A stretch of DNA of 32,000 nt from NCBI RefSeq assembly GCF_000025125.1, contig NC_013771.1, positions 971,949 to 1,003,948 on the forward strand. The letters are read 5' to 3'. This document shows, piece by piece, positions 18,103-27,979 of the stretch; the stretch's first letter is position 1, and each line of letters begins with the position of its first letter. The notes under the pieces are model-generated. The model was not told where the DNA came from and ran no database searches. It saw nothing but the letters and a program-made list of their open reading frames with translations. Made by a program: the position numbers and the translations under genes. The DNA is from Candidatus Atelocyanobacterium thalassa isolate ALOHA. Lineage in GTDB: Bacteria; Cyanobacteriota; Cyanobacteriia; Cyanobacteriales; Microcystaceae.

Positions 18103-20172
18103 ATGGGAAAATTTAAAGCAAGAGAATTAATAAATAAACAGTTACTTTCCCGTAAGAGAAATAATGAACTGAAATTTCTAGGACATATTTTTACTTCATT
18201 ATCCTTAGGCATAATCTCTTTAAATACTATTTTTCCAGCATCTGCACGTACATCTGAAGAATTAATTAGTTGCGACATGCTAATTGTAGGTGCTGGATTA
18301 TCAGGTTCTGCTGCTGCCTACGAAGGTTTATTAGCAGGAAAGACTGTTTGTTTAACTGAATTAACTGATTGGGTCGGAGGGCAAATTTCCTCACAAGGTA
18401 ATTCAGCTTTTGATGAAGGGAAACAACAAAGATCATTACAGCATTTTTCTCGAGGATATAATGTTTTAAGAAATAATATTGCTCGTTTTTATAATCGACA
18501 AAATCCTGGAGAATGTTGGGTTAGCGAAAGTTGTTTTTTACCATCTCATGGTCATCAGCTATTATATAAACAATTAAAGAAGGCCGAGCAAAGCGGTAAT
18601 GGAACTTTAAAATGGTTCCCATCAACTGTTGTTAAAGAGATAGAATTAAGCGAGAATAATAGGTTAATACAAAGTGCTATTGCTATCCAACATAGTCCTA
18701 CCGATTCAGATCTTTATCTGCATAAAGAACCACTCTCTCATACTATTAAGGATATTTACAGTTATAGTGACTCTGAGCGTTTTAAAAAAAGAATTATTCG
18801 TTTCCAGGCAAAATCTCAGGGAAAAAGTTCTACTAATTGGTTTGTAATAGAAACAACTGAAACAGGAGAAATAATTGCTCTAGCTGATATTCCATATAAT
18901 TTGGGATTAGATCCTTTAAATCATTTTAATCCATCATCTCCAACAAAGAATAGAGATCCTTATTGTCTACAAGGTTTTACATATCCTTTTGCAATGGAAA
19001 GAACAGCAAGTTCTCAAAACCAAAGCAAACCAAAATTTTATGATAAATATAAACCTTACTATGGATACGATAATGATCGTCGACTAGCTCATTTCGATCT
19101 GGTATTTACTTATCGAAGGATTTGGACTCCTCGTAAGGGAAGACTAGTAAAGACTGGCCCCCTTAAAGTTAATGAGCCTAGTTCTGGAGATATTTCTATG
19201 CAAAATTGGCTATGGGGAAATGATTACCGGCCAGGAACATCTCAAGATAATCTTGTATATACTCGTCAGCAATTAAAAGAGAAAGGACAATTAGAAAAAG
19301 GTAAATGGGAGGGAGGTTTACGCACAGAAACTTTGAGGAAAGGAGAGGAATTATCTCTAGGATTTTATTATTGGTTAGTAGCAGGAACCACTGATTCTCG
19401 CCTAGGTAATAATATTAAAAAACCATCTTTAAATCATCGTCTATTAAAAGGTCTTAGTTCTCCTATGGGTACTAAGCATGGACTATCTAAGTATCCTTAT
19501 ATTAGAGAAGGAAGACGTATTATTGGAAGACCTTCTTATGATCATCCAAATGGATTTTCTGTAAATGAGATTGATATCTCAACTAAAGATTATTGGAATA
19601 ATTTTTATCGTACCTCTTTACCTCGACCAATGTATCAAAGAGTATGGTCAACCATTGCTAATTTAGAATCAAGGATAATGACATTAAGTAACCGTCCTTC
19701 ATATTTAGTAACTAGACGCACCCATGCAACAATTTATCCAGATTCTGTCGGTGTTACCCAATATATGATCGATTTTCATCCATGTATGGTCTTATCTCCT
19801 CCAGAAAAATCAGGAAACCTTGAAAGAAGAGAAGTCCGTGTAGCTCATGGTTCAGCTCATCCAGCACAAATTCCTTTAAGAGCTATGATTCCTCAAAAAA
19901 TAGATAATTTAATTGTTTCTGGGAAAAATATAGCTACCAGTCACATCGCAGCAGCAGCATATAGGGTACATGGATTTGAATGGTCAGTAGGAGCAGCGGC
20001 TGGTACATTGGCTAGCTTTTCTTTAGAGAAAGATATTTTACCCTATGAGTTAGTAGATGATTTACCTAAGCAAGAGCCTAATTTACAAAAATTTCGCCAA
20101 ATACTAGAAAATAATGGTAATCCAACTACTTTCCCTCAAGCTATGATGTTTAGTTATTTACAAAATAATTAG
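18103..20172 (+). CDS. FAD-dependent oxidoreductase (FAD_oxidored-type), with an N-terminal signal-like extension
   Basis: 689-aa ORF. It has the dinucleotide-binding DMLIVGAGLSGSAAAYEGLLAGKTVCLTELTDWVGGQ and the C-terminal GKNIATSHIAAAAYRVHGFEWSVGAAAG typical of this family. Residues 1-48 look like a signal peptide (basic n-region, hydrophobic core, PASA then R). An alternative start is ATG 18277. Confidence 0.75.
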   Translation: MGKFKARELINKQLLSRKRNNELKFLGHIFTSLSLGIISLNTIFPASARTSEELISCDMLIVGAGLSGSAAAYEGLLAGKTVCLTELTDWVGGQISSQGNSAFDEGKQQRSLQHFSRGYNVLRNNIARFYNRQNPGECWVSESCFLPSHGHQLLYKQLKKAEQSGNGTLKWFPSTVVKEIELSENNRLIQSAIAIQHSPTDSDLYLHKEPLSHTIKDIYSYSDSERFKKRIIRFQAKSQGKSSTNWFVIETTETGEIIALADIPYNLGLDPLNHFNPSSPTKNRDPYCLQGFTYPFAMERTASSQNQSKPKFYDKYKPYYGYDNDRRLAHFDLVFTYRRIWTPRKGRLVKTGPLKVNEPSSGDISMQNWLWGNDYRPGTSQDNLVYTRQQLKEKGQLEKGKWEGGLRTETLRKGEELSLGFYYWLVAGTTDSRLGNNIKKPSLNHRLLKGLSSPMGTKHGLSKYPYIREGRRIIGRPSYDHPNGFSVNEIDISTKDYWNNFYRTSLPRPMYQRVWSTIANLESRIMTLSNRPSYLVTRRTHATIYPDSVGVTQYMIDFHPCMVLSPPEKSGNLERREVRVAHGSAHPAQIPLRAMIPQKIDNLIVSGKNIATSHIAAAAYRVHGFEWSVGAAAGTLASFSLEKDILPYELVDDLPKQEPNLQKFRQILENNGNPTTFPQAMMFSYLQNN

Positions 20173-20192
20173 TTTAAATAGTCTTTTTTTAG

Positions 20193-20268
20193 ATTTATTA
20201 AACTAATTTTAGATCTAGATGTATTATCTAAAATTAATATATCTAGATCTGAAATTAGTTTAATAAAT
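20193..20268. terminator. 28-bp-stem hairpin between convergent genes (bidirectional terminator or RNA-stabilising candidate)
   Basis: Positions 20193-20220 (ATTTATTAAACTAATTTTAGATCTAGAT) pair with 20241-20268 (ATCTAGATCTGAAATTAGTTTAATAAAT). The single non-Watson-Crick position is T20210 opposite G20251, a G-U wobble on the plus transcript. The loop is 20 nt. It lies between the stops at 20172 (+) and 20345 (-). Confidence 0.5.
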
Positions 20269-20344
20269 ATCAGTTACAAATAAGTTAAAGGAATAACTAA
20301 GTATTATCAATTTTGTTTGTCTTAAAAAACATGGGAAAAATAAC

Positions 20345-23300
20345 TTATAATTTAATCCCTAAAACTTGGGTATGAGCTCCTCTTGCTTGTGTAACGCCAA
20401 TAGTCCTCTGAGATGCTTCAATCATTGGACGGCGTAAGCTTACAACGATAAATTGAGCTTTTTGTGCTTGTGTATGGATCATTTGAGATAATCTTTCTAC
20501 ATTTGCTCCATCTAGAAACATATCAACTTCATCGAAAGCATAAAATGGTGATGGACGATACTGCTGTAGAGAAAAAATAAAACTTAATGCTGTTAATGAT
20601 TTTTCCCCACCTGACATTGAGCTTAAACGTTGCACTGGCTTACCTTTTGGGTGTGCCACAAGATTCAAACCACCTTTGAACGGATCTTCTTCATCGTCTA
20701 ATTGCAAGTATCCATCACCTTGTGATAAGGTGGCAAAAATTTTCTTGAAGTTGTCATTAACTGTATCAAAAGATTCTTTAAATGAACGTAATCTTAAAGT
20801 TGTAAAATTTTCAATTCTTAATAACAATTCTGTTCTTTCTTCTTGAATAGTAACTAATTTACTTGTAAGTTCACTAAGTCTCTCTTGCACTTTTTCATAT
20901 TCTTCTAATGCAAGCATATTAACGGGCTCCATTAACTCCAATTGTCTTTGTTTTTTATATATTTCTTTCTGTAATTTTTCAGTATGGGTTAATAAGTCAT
21001 CTAAACTCTCGCTTAGTTCAGATAATAAAGGTATTTCCGGCAAAGGATTTGGTAAATTACATTGAGCTTCTTTCTCATCTTTCTCAAAAGTGGATAATAT
21101 TTCTTGTTTTTCTTTTTGCTTAGCTTGTAACTTCTCTAATGTCCAAATATGATCCTGATATTCTTTTTCGAGGACTTTAATCTTTTCTTCTAGAGAATCA
21201 CGTTTGTTTTTAGTAACATATAATTTTTGTGTTAATTCTTCTAATAAAATTTCTAGTTTTCCAATCTCAATATTAAGATTTTTAAGTTTACCTTCAATTT
21301 CTACTTGCTGATTGTTAATATCAGAAATTTGTTGCTTGTTCAATTTTATTTTTAATTCATCTTCATGAATTTTATATTCTATACCAGCAATTTGATTTTT
21401 AATATCTTGAAACTTTTCTTCTCCTCGACGTAATTCTATTTCTCGATCTTGTAAATGATTTTCTTGATCTTTTATTAATACCTGAACTTCTTGCCATTCA
21501 CTGTGGGAATGAGATTTTTCTATATTTTTTAATTGTTGTTGTTTCTTGAGTAATTCTATTTCCAACAAAGAACTTTTTTTATCAATACTAGCAAGCTCAT
21601 TTTTTAATGTTTCTATTTCTTTTTGATAACTACTTATTTTAATTTTTGAATCACTTTTATAGCTTTCGAGTTTTCCTACTTCTTTCTTAACTTGTTGATA
21701 TTTCAACTGTTGTTCTCTATCTAACTGCTGTGTTTTTATTAATTTATCAGAAATATCTTGAATTTGCTTTGTCTTAATTTCTATATTTGCTTCATTTTTA
21801 AGTACAAGGTTTTCTATATCTACTAACCTTTCTTTAAATATTCTAATTTCCTCAGGTTCTCCCTGATTTAAAATGCCAAAACGTATGGTAGGCCTCTGAG
21901 GCCTACTCCCGCCTGTCATAGCTCCACTAGCCTCTAGTAAGTCTCCATCTAAAGTTACGATACGCTGTTTACCTGAATATTGCTTCGCATAATCTATAGT
22001 TTCAAAAACAGCTGTATTACCAAAAATATAGGAAAAAACTTTTGCATACTTTGAGTTACATTCGACTAGATCAACTGCTAAACCAATAAAACCAGGAGCG
22101 TTTTTTAGATAAAAATTATTTTGTTTAGAATACGATCTAATTTTGGTTAGTGGTAAAAAAGTTGCCCTTCCAGCTTTTGCCTTTTTTAACATGTTAATCC
22201 CAGAAATAGCAATAGCGTCATCTTCAACTACAACATGCCCTAAACGCGAACCTGCCGCAATTTCTAGCGCTAATTGATGAAGTGGATCAACTTGTCCTAA
22301 TTCAGCTACTAAACCACATATACCAGATAACTTTGAATTTAAAATAAATTGAGAAGCGTAAGTTCCTTGGACTTCTTGCTTTGCTTGCCTAGATGCCTCT
22401 AAACGATCTAGTTGCCTTTGTTTTTCTCTATATTCTTTATCTAGCCTTGACTGAGTTTCTTTTATAATGTTGTACTCTTGTCTTTCTATATTTAATTTAT
22501 CAGTTATTACTTGTATATTTTCTGTATAGAAAATTGATAATTTTTCCAATTCTTGATTTTGCAGATCTAGATCTTTTTCATATTTTTCAAACTGTTCTTT
22601 TTCCTTATTTAAACTACCTAATATTAGCTGCTGACGCTCAGATAATTTAGCTTTTTGTGCTAATTGAGGATTTAGCTCACTTTGTAGGCTAGATGCTTCT
22701 ATACTAAGGCCTGCTTGTTCTTGTATCCAAGAATCAGATGTTTCAGCAATTATTGCAGCTTGTTTTCTTACCTTTTGTAAGGTGTTATAACTTCTTGATT
22801 TTTGTTCTTTAAGCAGTGGTAAAAGTTCTTGTTGCAATTTATTACTGTTTTGACTTAGTACGTTTAATTCTTCTTCTTTTTGAAGAATATTTTCTACTGC
22901 TTTATTTTCTTCTAGTTTAATTTTTTCACTCGTACAATATGATTCTTTCTTATGCTGCTGTAGTTGATCAACTTGTGCTTTTTGTGTAGCAATTTTAGAG
23001 GCAATAGTTAACCGTTCATCTTCTCCTAGTTCTTTAACTTGAAGATTTAAGTTCTTAAGATCAGTATTTAGTATGTCTAATTTATTTTCTAATTCTGAAT
23101 TACTTTTAATTAGTTTTTCTTCTCTTTCCTCATCTTCTGATTTTTCTTTTTTAAGGTTAGAAATTTTCTTGAGCAAAGATTTCCATAATAAAACTGCTTC
23201 CCATTCTTTTTTCTGAGAAATTTCTTGTTTAAGCTTTTGATATTTTTCAGCTTTTGCCCTATCGCCTGCCAAGCGTTCTAATGAATTTTCTAATTCTACT

Positions 23301-23941
23301 TGTATAATCTTGCAACGTTCTTCTCTATCTCTAACCTCCTCTAAAGTTTCCTTAGTTTTATTAATTTTGCGATCAAATTCTGCAACTCCAGCAAGTTCAT
23401 CAATAATAACTCGTCTTTCTTTAGAGTTCATGCTAATGATACTAGTTACATCTCCTTGAAGAACAACATTATAGCCTTCAGGATAAATACGAAAGCGATT
23501 TAATTCTTCGTGAAGCTCATTAACAGTGCATGGTCTTTCGTTTATGTAGTAATTAGAAGAATAACTACCTCCTTTGGTAACACGTAAGCGTCTTGTTACT
23601 TTCCATTCGGTTTTATTAATTAAATTGTTTTCTTCTTCTGTTTCTATTGTTTTTAAAGATTCTTCTGAACTTAAATAATCTGAAATATCGAAGGTAACAG
23701 AAACATAAGCTTCTCGATTATTACGATTATTAGTATTATGGCTAATTAAATCTGGTAACCTTTCAGCTCTTAGTCCCTTAGAAGTGGCTAATCCAAGGCA
23801 AAATAGTAATGCATCCAATATGTTGGATTTACCTGAACCGTTTGGTCCAGATACTACTGTAAATCCAGGCAGAAATGGGATGGATGTAGTTCCACCAAAA
23901 GATTTAAAATGAGATAGTTCAATGCGCTTAATATGAACCAT
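20345..23941 (-). CDS. smc: Chromosome segregation protein SMC
   Basis: 1198-aa ORF. It has the Walker A GPNGSGKSN, long coiled-coil arms, the hinge GLVAELGQV..ALEIAAGSRLGHVVVEDD, the signature LSGGEKSLTALSFIF and the Walker B FYAFDEVDMFLD. Confidence 0.95.
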   Translation of the reverse strand: MVHIKRIELSHFKSFGGTTSIPFLPGFTVVSGPNGSGKSNILDALLFCLGLATSKGLRAERLPDLISHNTNNRNNREAYVSVTFDISDYLSSEESLKTIETEEENNLINKTEWKVTRRLRVTKGGSYSSNYYINERPCTVNELHEELNRFRIYPEGYNVVLQGDVTSIISMNSKERRVIIDELAGVAEFDRKINKTKETLEEVRDREERCKIIQVELENSLERLAGDRAKAEKYQKLKQEISQKKEWEAVLLWKSLLKKISNLKKEKSEDEEREEKLIKSNSELENKLDILNTDLKNLNLQVKELGEDERLTIASKIATQKAQVDQLQQHKKESYCTSEKIKLEENKAVENILQKEEELNVLSQNSNKLQQELLPLLKEQKSRSYNTLQKVRKQAAIIAETSDSWIQEQAGLSIEASSLQSELNPQLAQKAKLSERQQLILGSLNKEKEQFEKYEKDLDLQNQELEKLSIFYTENIQVITDKLNIERQEYNIIKETQSRLDKEYREKQRQLDRLEASRQAKQEVQGTYASQFILNSKLSGICGLVAELGQVDPLHQLALEIAAGSRLGHVVVEDDAIAISGINMLKKAKAGRATFLPLTKIRSYSKQNNFYLKNAPGFIGLAVDLVECNSKYAKVFSYIFGNTAVFETIDYAKQYSGKQRIVTLDGDLLEASGAMTGGSRPQRPTIRFGILNQGEPEEIRIFKERLVDIENLVLKNEANIEIKTKQIQDISDKLIKTQQLDREQQLKYQQVKKEVGKLESYKSDSKIKISSYQKEIETLKNELASIDKKSSLLEIELLKKQQQLKNIEKSHSHSEWQEVQVLIKDQENHLQDREIELRRGEEKFQDIKNQIAGIEYKIHEDELKIKLNKQQISDINNQQVEIEGKLKNLNIEIGKLEILLEELTQKLYVTKNKRDSLEEKIKVLEKEYQDHIWTLEKLQAKQKEKQEILSTFEKDEKEAQCNLPNPLPEIPLLSELSESLDDLLTHTEKLQKEIYKKQRQLELMEPVNMLALEEYEKVQERLSELTSKLVTIQEERTELLLRIENFTTLRLRSFKESFDTVNDNFKKIFATLSQGDGYLQLDDEEDPFKGGLNLVAHPKGKPVQRLSSMSGGEKSLTALSFIFSLQQYRPSPFYAFDEVDMFLDGANVERLSQMIHTQAQKAQFIVVSLRRPMIEASQRTIGVTQARGAHTQVLGIKL

Positions 23942-24215
23942 GGAGCGATATTAATAATGCAATTGAAAAATTTAAAACACAATTTAGATATAGTTCTATA
24001 TATCTAAATTCAAAAGACTCTTTTCAACATATATAGGTTTCTAAATAACTAATAAAAGTTAAAAGAATTTTTAAAATATACTCATAAACCTTGTTAAAAG
24101 CTCATACTGAATATGAATTATATAGATGGTCTTTAAAGCTATTTAGTTTCATATCATAGAATTAAAATTATTTAATTCAAGACTTCTATAAAATGTGCTT
24201 AGTAGTGAAGATAGT

Positions 24216-25151
24216 TCAACTTTTTATATTGTTGATACCATTACTTGAAAGTTTACTGATGAATAACTCTAAATTAGGATCTTGAAAAGTTTTTACGATA
24301 ATGTTTTTAATTTCTTCAGCTTGTTCACGAGACTGGCATAATGTAAAGATGGTAGGTCCTGACCCTGACATCATAGTACCTAAACCCCCCATTTTCTCCA
24401 TAAAAGATTTCAATTCAGTAATCATCAGATGCTCAGATAAAACAACTTTTTCTAAATCGTTATACAGTAAATTTCCAATTTTTTGACCGTCTTTCTGATC
24501 AATAGCATTAATAAGAAGTTCGAAGTTATTACTATTTTTCTTTTTATCATTTTTTTCATAACATTTACCAAATTGTTCTTTATGTTTTTGATAAGCCCAA
24601 GGAGTTGAAATAGAAAAATTTTGATACTTTGCTAAAACTATCCAAAGGTTGTCTAATTTATTTATTGGATTTATTATTTCGCCTTTTCCTGTAGCGATCG
24701 CAGTTCCTCCATTAATACAAAACGGAACATCGGAACCTAGTTCTTCCCCCAACTTTTGTAATTCATAATCATTTAAATCTAATTTCCATAATAAATTTAA
24801 TGCTAATAAAACTGCAGCTCCATCAGTTGATCCTCCTGCTAATCCTGCAGCTACAGGTATCCGCTTATCAATAATAATATCAACCCCTCCATAAAGATTC
24901 AGGGAGTTGGGAAATTTTTTTATTATGAGTTGAGCAGCACGATAAGCAATATTTGTTTCGTTCAAAGGAACCAGCAAGTTATTGCAATATAAATTAATAT
25001 TTTGAGTTCCATTAAAATTAATTTTTATGTAATCACTTAATTCAATACTCTGTAGAACCATTATCAACTCATGATAATTATCAAACCGTTCCCCAAGAAT
25101 CTCTAGGTATAAGTTAATCTTAGCTGGGGCAAGTAAGTTACAAGTTTTCAT
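24216..25151 (-). CDS. ispE: 4-diphosphocytidyl-2-C-methyl-D-erythritol kinase (MEP pathway)
   Basis: 311-aa ORF. It has the N-terminal APAKINLYLEILG, the GHMP kinase motif PVAAGLAGGSTDGAAVLLALN and the C-terminal MSGSGPTIFTL. Confidence 0.9.
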   Translation of the reverse strand: MKTCNLLAPAKINLYLEILGERFDNYHELIMVLQSIELSDYIKINFNGTQNINLYCNNLLVPLNETNIAYRAAQLIIKKFPNSLNLYGGVDIIIDKRIPVAAGLAGGSTDGAAVLLALNLLWKLDLNDYELQKLGEELGSDVPFCINGGTAIATGKGEIINPINKLDNLWIVLAKYQNFSISTPWAYQKHKEQFGKCYEKNDKKKNSNNFELLINAIDQKDGQKIGNLLYNDLEKVVLSEHLMITELKSFMEKMGGLGTMMSGSGPTIFTLCQSREQAEEIKNIIVKTFQDPNLELFISKLSSNGINNIKS

Positions 25152-25261
25152 TTTATTGGCCTAGTAAATAATTGTTGACATGATAATACTAATAAAATTT
25201 AAAAATTATAGACTTTTATCTAGGTTATATTTTGAATATTAAATATATACAAATACTTTTT

Positions 25262-25678
25262 CTATTTTTTACTCAATTTCTGCAAATCCAACCTTTGTAG
25301 TTCAACTATATAGAACTCTCCAATATCTTGATTACCGATAAGAATGGGCTGATATATTATCTCCCCTTTAATTTTTATTATCTCTCCTATATTTGGAATT
25401 TCACCAAAAGTTTTTAATACCCATATTTTCCCAGTTTCATCTTGAAGTTGATAAGAACTACTATCTAGAAAGAGAGCATGATCTACAACGCTTCCTTCGA
25501 GATAAACAACTTGATGAGTTAAGCTGGAATCAATTGGTTTTTGAGTCAAAAGCTTTTGGATAGAAATAGTTGAAGATTGAAAAAAAGTAAGATGGTTTAA
25601 TATTGCATATCCAATCGATGTTCCTGCTATAAGAAGAAAAATAATAACGATAACTTTTCTAATATTTAAAATTTTCAT
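25262..25678 (-). CDS. Hypothetical membrane-anchored protein, possible OB-fold (BOF/YgiW-like) domain
   Basis: 138-aa ORF with a single N-terminal TM helix. The C-terminal pattern YQLQDETGKIWVLKTFGEIPNIGEIIKIKGEIIY...GEFYIVE resembles small bacterial OB-fold proteins. The assignment is weak. Confidence 0.4.
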   Translation of the reverse strand: MKILNIRKVIVIIFLLIAGTSIGYAILNHLTFFQSSTISIQKLLTQKPIDSSLTHQVVYLEGSVVDHALFLDSSSYQLQDETGKIWVLKTFGEIPNIGEIIKIKGEIIYQPILIGNQDIGEFYIVELQRLDLQKLSKK

Positions 25679-25978
25679 AACATAACAAGAATTATTGAAT
25701 CGATCATTTAAAAATGCTTTTCCTATAGGATAGGACGCAATAAGATAATTCTACGTTCCGACATAGTTCATATTTTTCTAAATGTTGAGCATTAGTATAA
25801 AAAATAATTAAATTTACTTATGTCTTTTAGCTAAACTTTATAGAATTGATGAATGATTATTAGTGCTTGAAAATCAAAGCAAAAGTTAAAGTTTCGACAT
25901 AACTGTAGCTTGAGTTTCATATTATGCTTAAAAGAGTTATTATCATCCGTAGATATTTGTAGAAATTAACTTAATTTG

Positions 25979-27277
25979 ATGGTTACAATAAGTACGCTAC
26001 CAGGAACACGAGATATTCTGCCAGAAGAGATTGGTTATTGGCAATATGTGGAAGCTACAGCGGCTAAAATTCTTGGTCGTGCGATGTACCGTGAAATTCG
26101 CTCTCCAATTTTTGAAAATACTTCTTTGTTTGAGAGGGGTATAGGAGAAGCTACAGATGTTGTAAGTAAAGAAATGTACACTTTCCCCGATCGTAGTGAT
26201 CGTTTAGTCACACTTCGACCAGAGGGGACTGCAGGAGTCGCACGTGCTTATCTACAAAATAATTTACATTCTCTGGGCGGAGTTCAACGCCTTTGGTATT
26301 CTGGACCAATGTTTCGTTATGAGAGGCCACAAGCTGGTCGCCAAAGACAGTTTCATCAAATTGGATTGGAGTTGATAGGTGCAAGAGATCCTAGGGCAGA
26401 CGTAGAAGTTATTGCTTTAGCAACTGATGTTTTAAAATTTCTAGGATTAAAACAACTAAAACTAAATATTAATTCTATAGGTGATAAAAATGATAGGAAC
26501 CTTTATCGAGAAGCATTAATTAATTATTTTTTATCTCATAAAGAAGATTTAGATATTGACTCTCAAAATCGTTTACTTAAAAATCCTTTACGAATTCTAG
26601 ATAGTAAGAACGAAAAGACTAAAGAAATTAATAAAAACGCTCCTAACATATTACATTTTCTTGGGAAAGAGTCTCAAAAACACTTTGACGAAGTACAACA
26701 ACTATTAACGGATTTAAACATTAATTATCAGATTAACCCATGTCTTGTCAGAGGGCTAGACTATTATACACATACTGCATTTGAGATTCAGTCTGATAAC
26801 TTAGGCACTCAATCTACAGTATGTGGTGGCGGAAGATATGATCATTTAATCGAAGAACTTGGTGGAACCTCAACTCCTGCCGTAGGATGGGCTATAGGCG
26901 TTGAAAGATTAATTATGCTACTTAAACAAATTGAATGTTCTCCTCAACACAACCCTGATGTTTATATTGTTTCAAAAGGTAAAAAAGCAGAAGCAATTGG
27001 GTTATACTTAGCTCAAAAATTACGCTCTGAAGAATTAATCGTTGAATTAGATATGAGTGGAAGTAACTTTGGGAAACAGTTTAAGAGAGCTGACCGTAGC
27101 AAAGCATCTGTTTGTATAGTTCTTGGTGAAGAGGAAGCAGAAAATAACACGTTACAGGTTAAGTGGCTACATACCAAGGAACAAAATTCTATGACTCAGG
27201 TAGACTTATTAAATCACATTACAGAGTTTAAAAAACAGATAAACAAATATAGAGAAGTATCATCAAAATTAATTTAA
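25979..27277 (+). CDS. hisS: Histidine--tRNA ligase
   Basis: The ORF track opens at TTG 25976, but ATG at 25979 is the more likely start. It carries the class II motifs RPEGTAGVARAY, MFRYERPQAGRQRQFHQ and GGGRYD, plus a C-terminal anticodon-binding domain. Confidence 0.93.
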   Translation: MVTISTLPGTRDILPEEIGYWQYVEATAAKILGRAMYREIRSPIFENTSLFERGIGEATDVVSKEMYTFPDRSDRLVTLRPEGTAGVARAYLQNNLHSLGGVQRLWYSGPMFRYERPQAGRQRQFHQIGLELIGARDPRADVEVIALATDVLKFLGLKQLKLNINSIGDKNDRNLYREALINYFLSHKEDLDIDSQNRLLKNPLRILDSKNEKTKEINKNAPNILHFLGKESQKHFDEVQQLLTDLNINYQINPCLVRGLDYYTHTAFEIQSDNLGTQSTVCGGGRYDHLIEELGGTSTPAVGWAIGVERLIMLLKQIECSPQHNPDVYIVSKGKKAEAIGLYLAQKLRSEELIVELDMSGSNFGKQFKRADRSKASVCIVLGEEEAENNTLQVKWLHTKEQNSMTQVDLLNHITEFKKQINKYREVSSKLI

Positions 27278-27385
27278 GAAAACAATTTAGTTGATATAAA
27301 AAATTAATGATCTTTATTTGAATTTATCTAAATTATTGTGTTTTTCCTACAATATAGTTTTCGGAGAATCATGACAGACAATTAT

Positions 27386-27547
27386 TTAAAATAGTGTATA
27401 TATAAAAGGTGCAATTACTGACCCTTGGGTAAACACAATTAGTGCTCCCAATACTACTAAAGTTATTATCAAAGGAGCTAGCCAAAACTTTTTGCGTTCA
27501 CGAAGAAAACCCCATATATCTTTTAAGAATTCAAAAAATCCAATCAT
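27386..27547 (-). CDS. SxtK-like / DUF5989-type small membrane protein (53 aa), not in the ORF track
   Basis: ATG at 27547-27545 overlaps the TAA (27549-27547) of the upstream gene by 1 nt (TAATG on the minus strand). Translation is MIGFFEFLKDIWGFLRERKKFWLAPLIITLVVLGALIVFTQGSVIAPFIYTLF. The RERKKFWL.P core and the APFIYTLF C-terminus match my memory of the SxtK family, which accompanies carbamoyltransferases. Confidence 0.7.
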   Translation of the reverse strand: MIGFFEFLKDIWGFLRERKKFWLAPLIITLVVLGALIVFTQGSVIAPFIYTLF

Positions 27548-27957
27548 TAGTAAGGTTTCTCCATGCTTGATTTGCTTTTAGATGTACTAAATATACGATA
27601 ACTTTCCGTATTAAATTCAAATTTTCTTTTCATCGCGTCGTATTTAAGAATTCTTATAAAAAATCCCATGGGAGTTACTACAATAAAAAAAATAATTCCC
27701 AAAATTATTCTACTATTAACCCATGAAGCTATTTCTGCAAAGAGCATCCATCCTTTATAAAATGGTAAAAGAAAATTTGGGGAAATAAAAGAGAAAATAA
27801 GAAAAAGTGTACCAATTATCCATGAGACTACAGAATAAGAATGTCCTAGTAAAGTGGGAATAAATAAACCAAAAAATAGGGTAAAGGTTGTTCCCATCAA
27901 TATTCCGAAAGACATTAACTTTTTATTGTTTGTTTTTTGAGGCATATAATAAAACAT
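27547..27957 (-). CDS. SxtJ-like membrane protein
   Basis: 136-aa ORF with about 3 TM helices, starting 22 nt after the carbamoyltransferase stop. The pattern FYKGWMLFAEIASWVNSRIILGIIFFIVVTPMGFFIRILKYDAMKRKF resembles the SxtJ family as I recall it. M5 or M15 are possible alternative starts. Confidence 0.6.
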   Translation of the reverse strand: MFYYMPQKTNNKKLMSFGILMGTTFTLFFGLFIPTLLGHSYSVVSWIIGTLFLIFSFISPNFLLPFYKGWMLFAEIASWVNSRIILGIIFFIVVTPMGFFIRILKYDAMKRKFEFNTESYRIFSTSKSKSSMEKPY

Positions 27958-27979
27958 GTTTCTAGTATCTATTTATAAA

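Noticed and set aside
18090-18278. 62-aa minus-strand ORF from the ORF track
   Set aside because: It is antisense to the 5' end of the FAD oxidoreductase gene. No support was found.
23981-24010. 12-bp inverted repeat AATTTAGATATA / TATATCTAAATT upstream of smc
   Set aside because: By rough estimate, a 12-bp stem with a free loop length is expected by chance about once every few windows at this A+T content. It lies about 200 nt from the ispE stop and has no T-run.
24301-24486. 61-aa plus-strand ORF from the ORF track
   Set aside because: It is antisense within ispE.
24694-24701. A single HIP1 octamer GCGATCGC inside ispE
   Set aside because: HIP1 is a cyanobacterial hallmark only when over-represented. 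One copy in 32 kb, encoding part of G-T-A-I-A-T, carries no information.
25976-25978. TTG start for hisS as given by the ORF track
   Set aside because: An ATG follows immediately at 25979, so the canonical start is preferred. The difference is a single codon.
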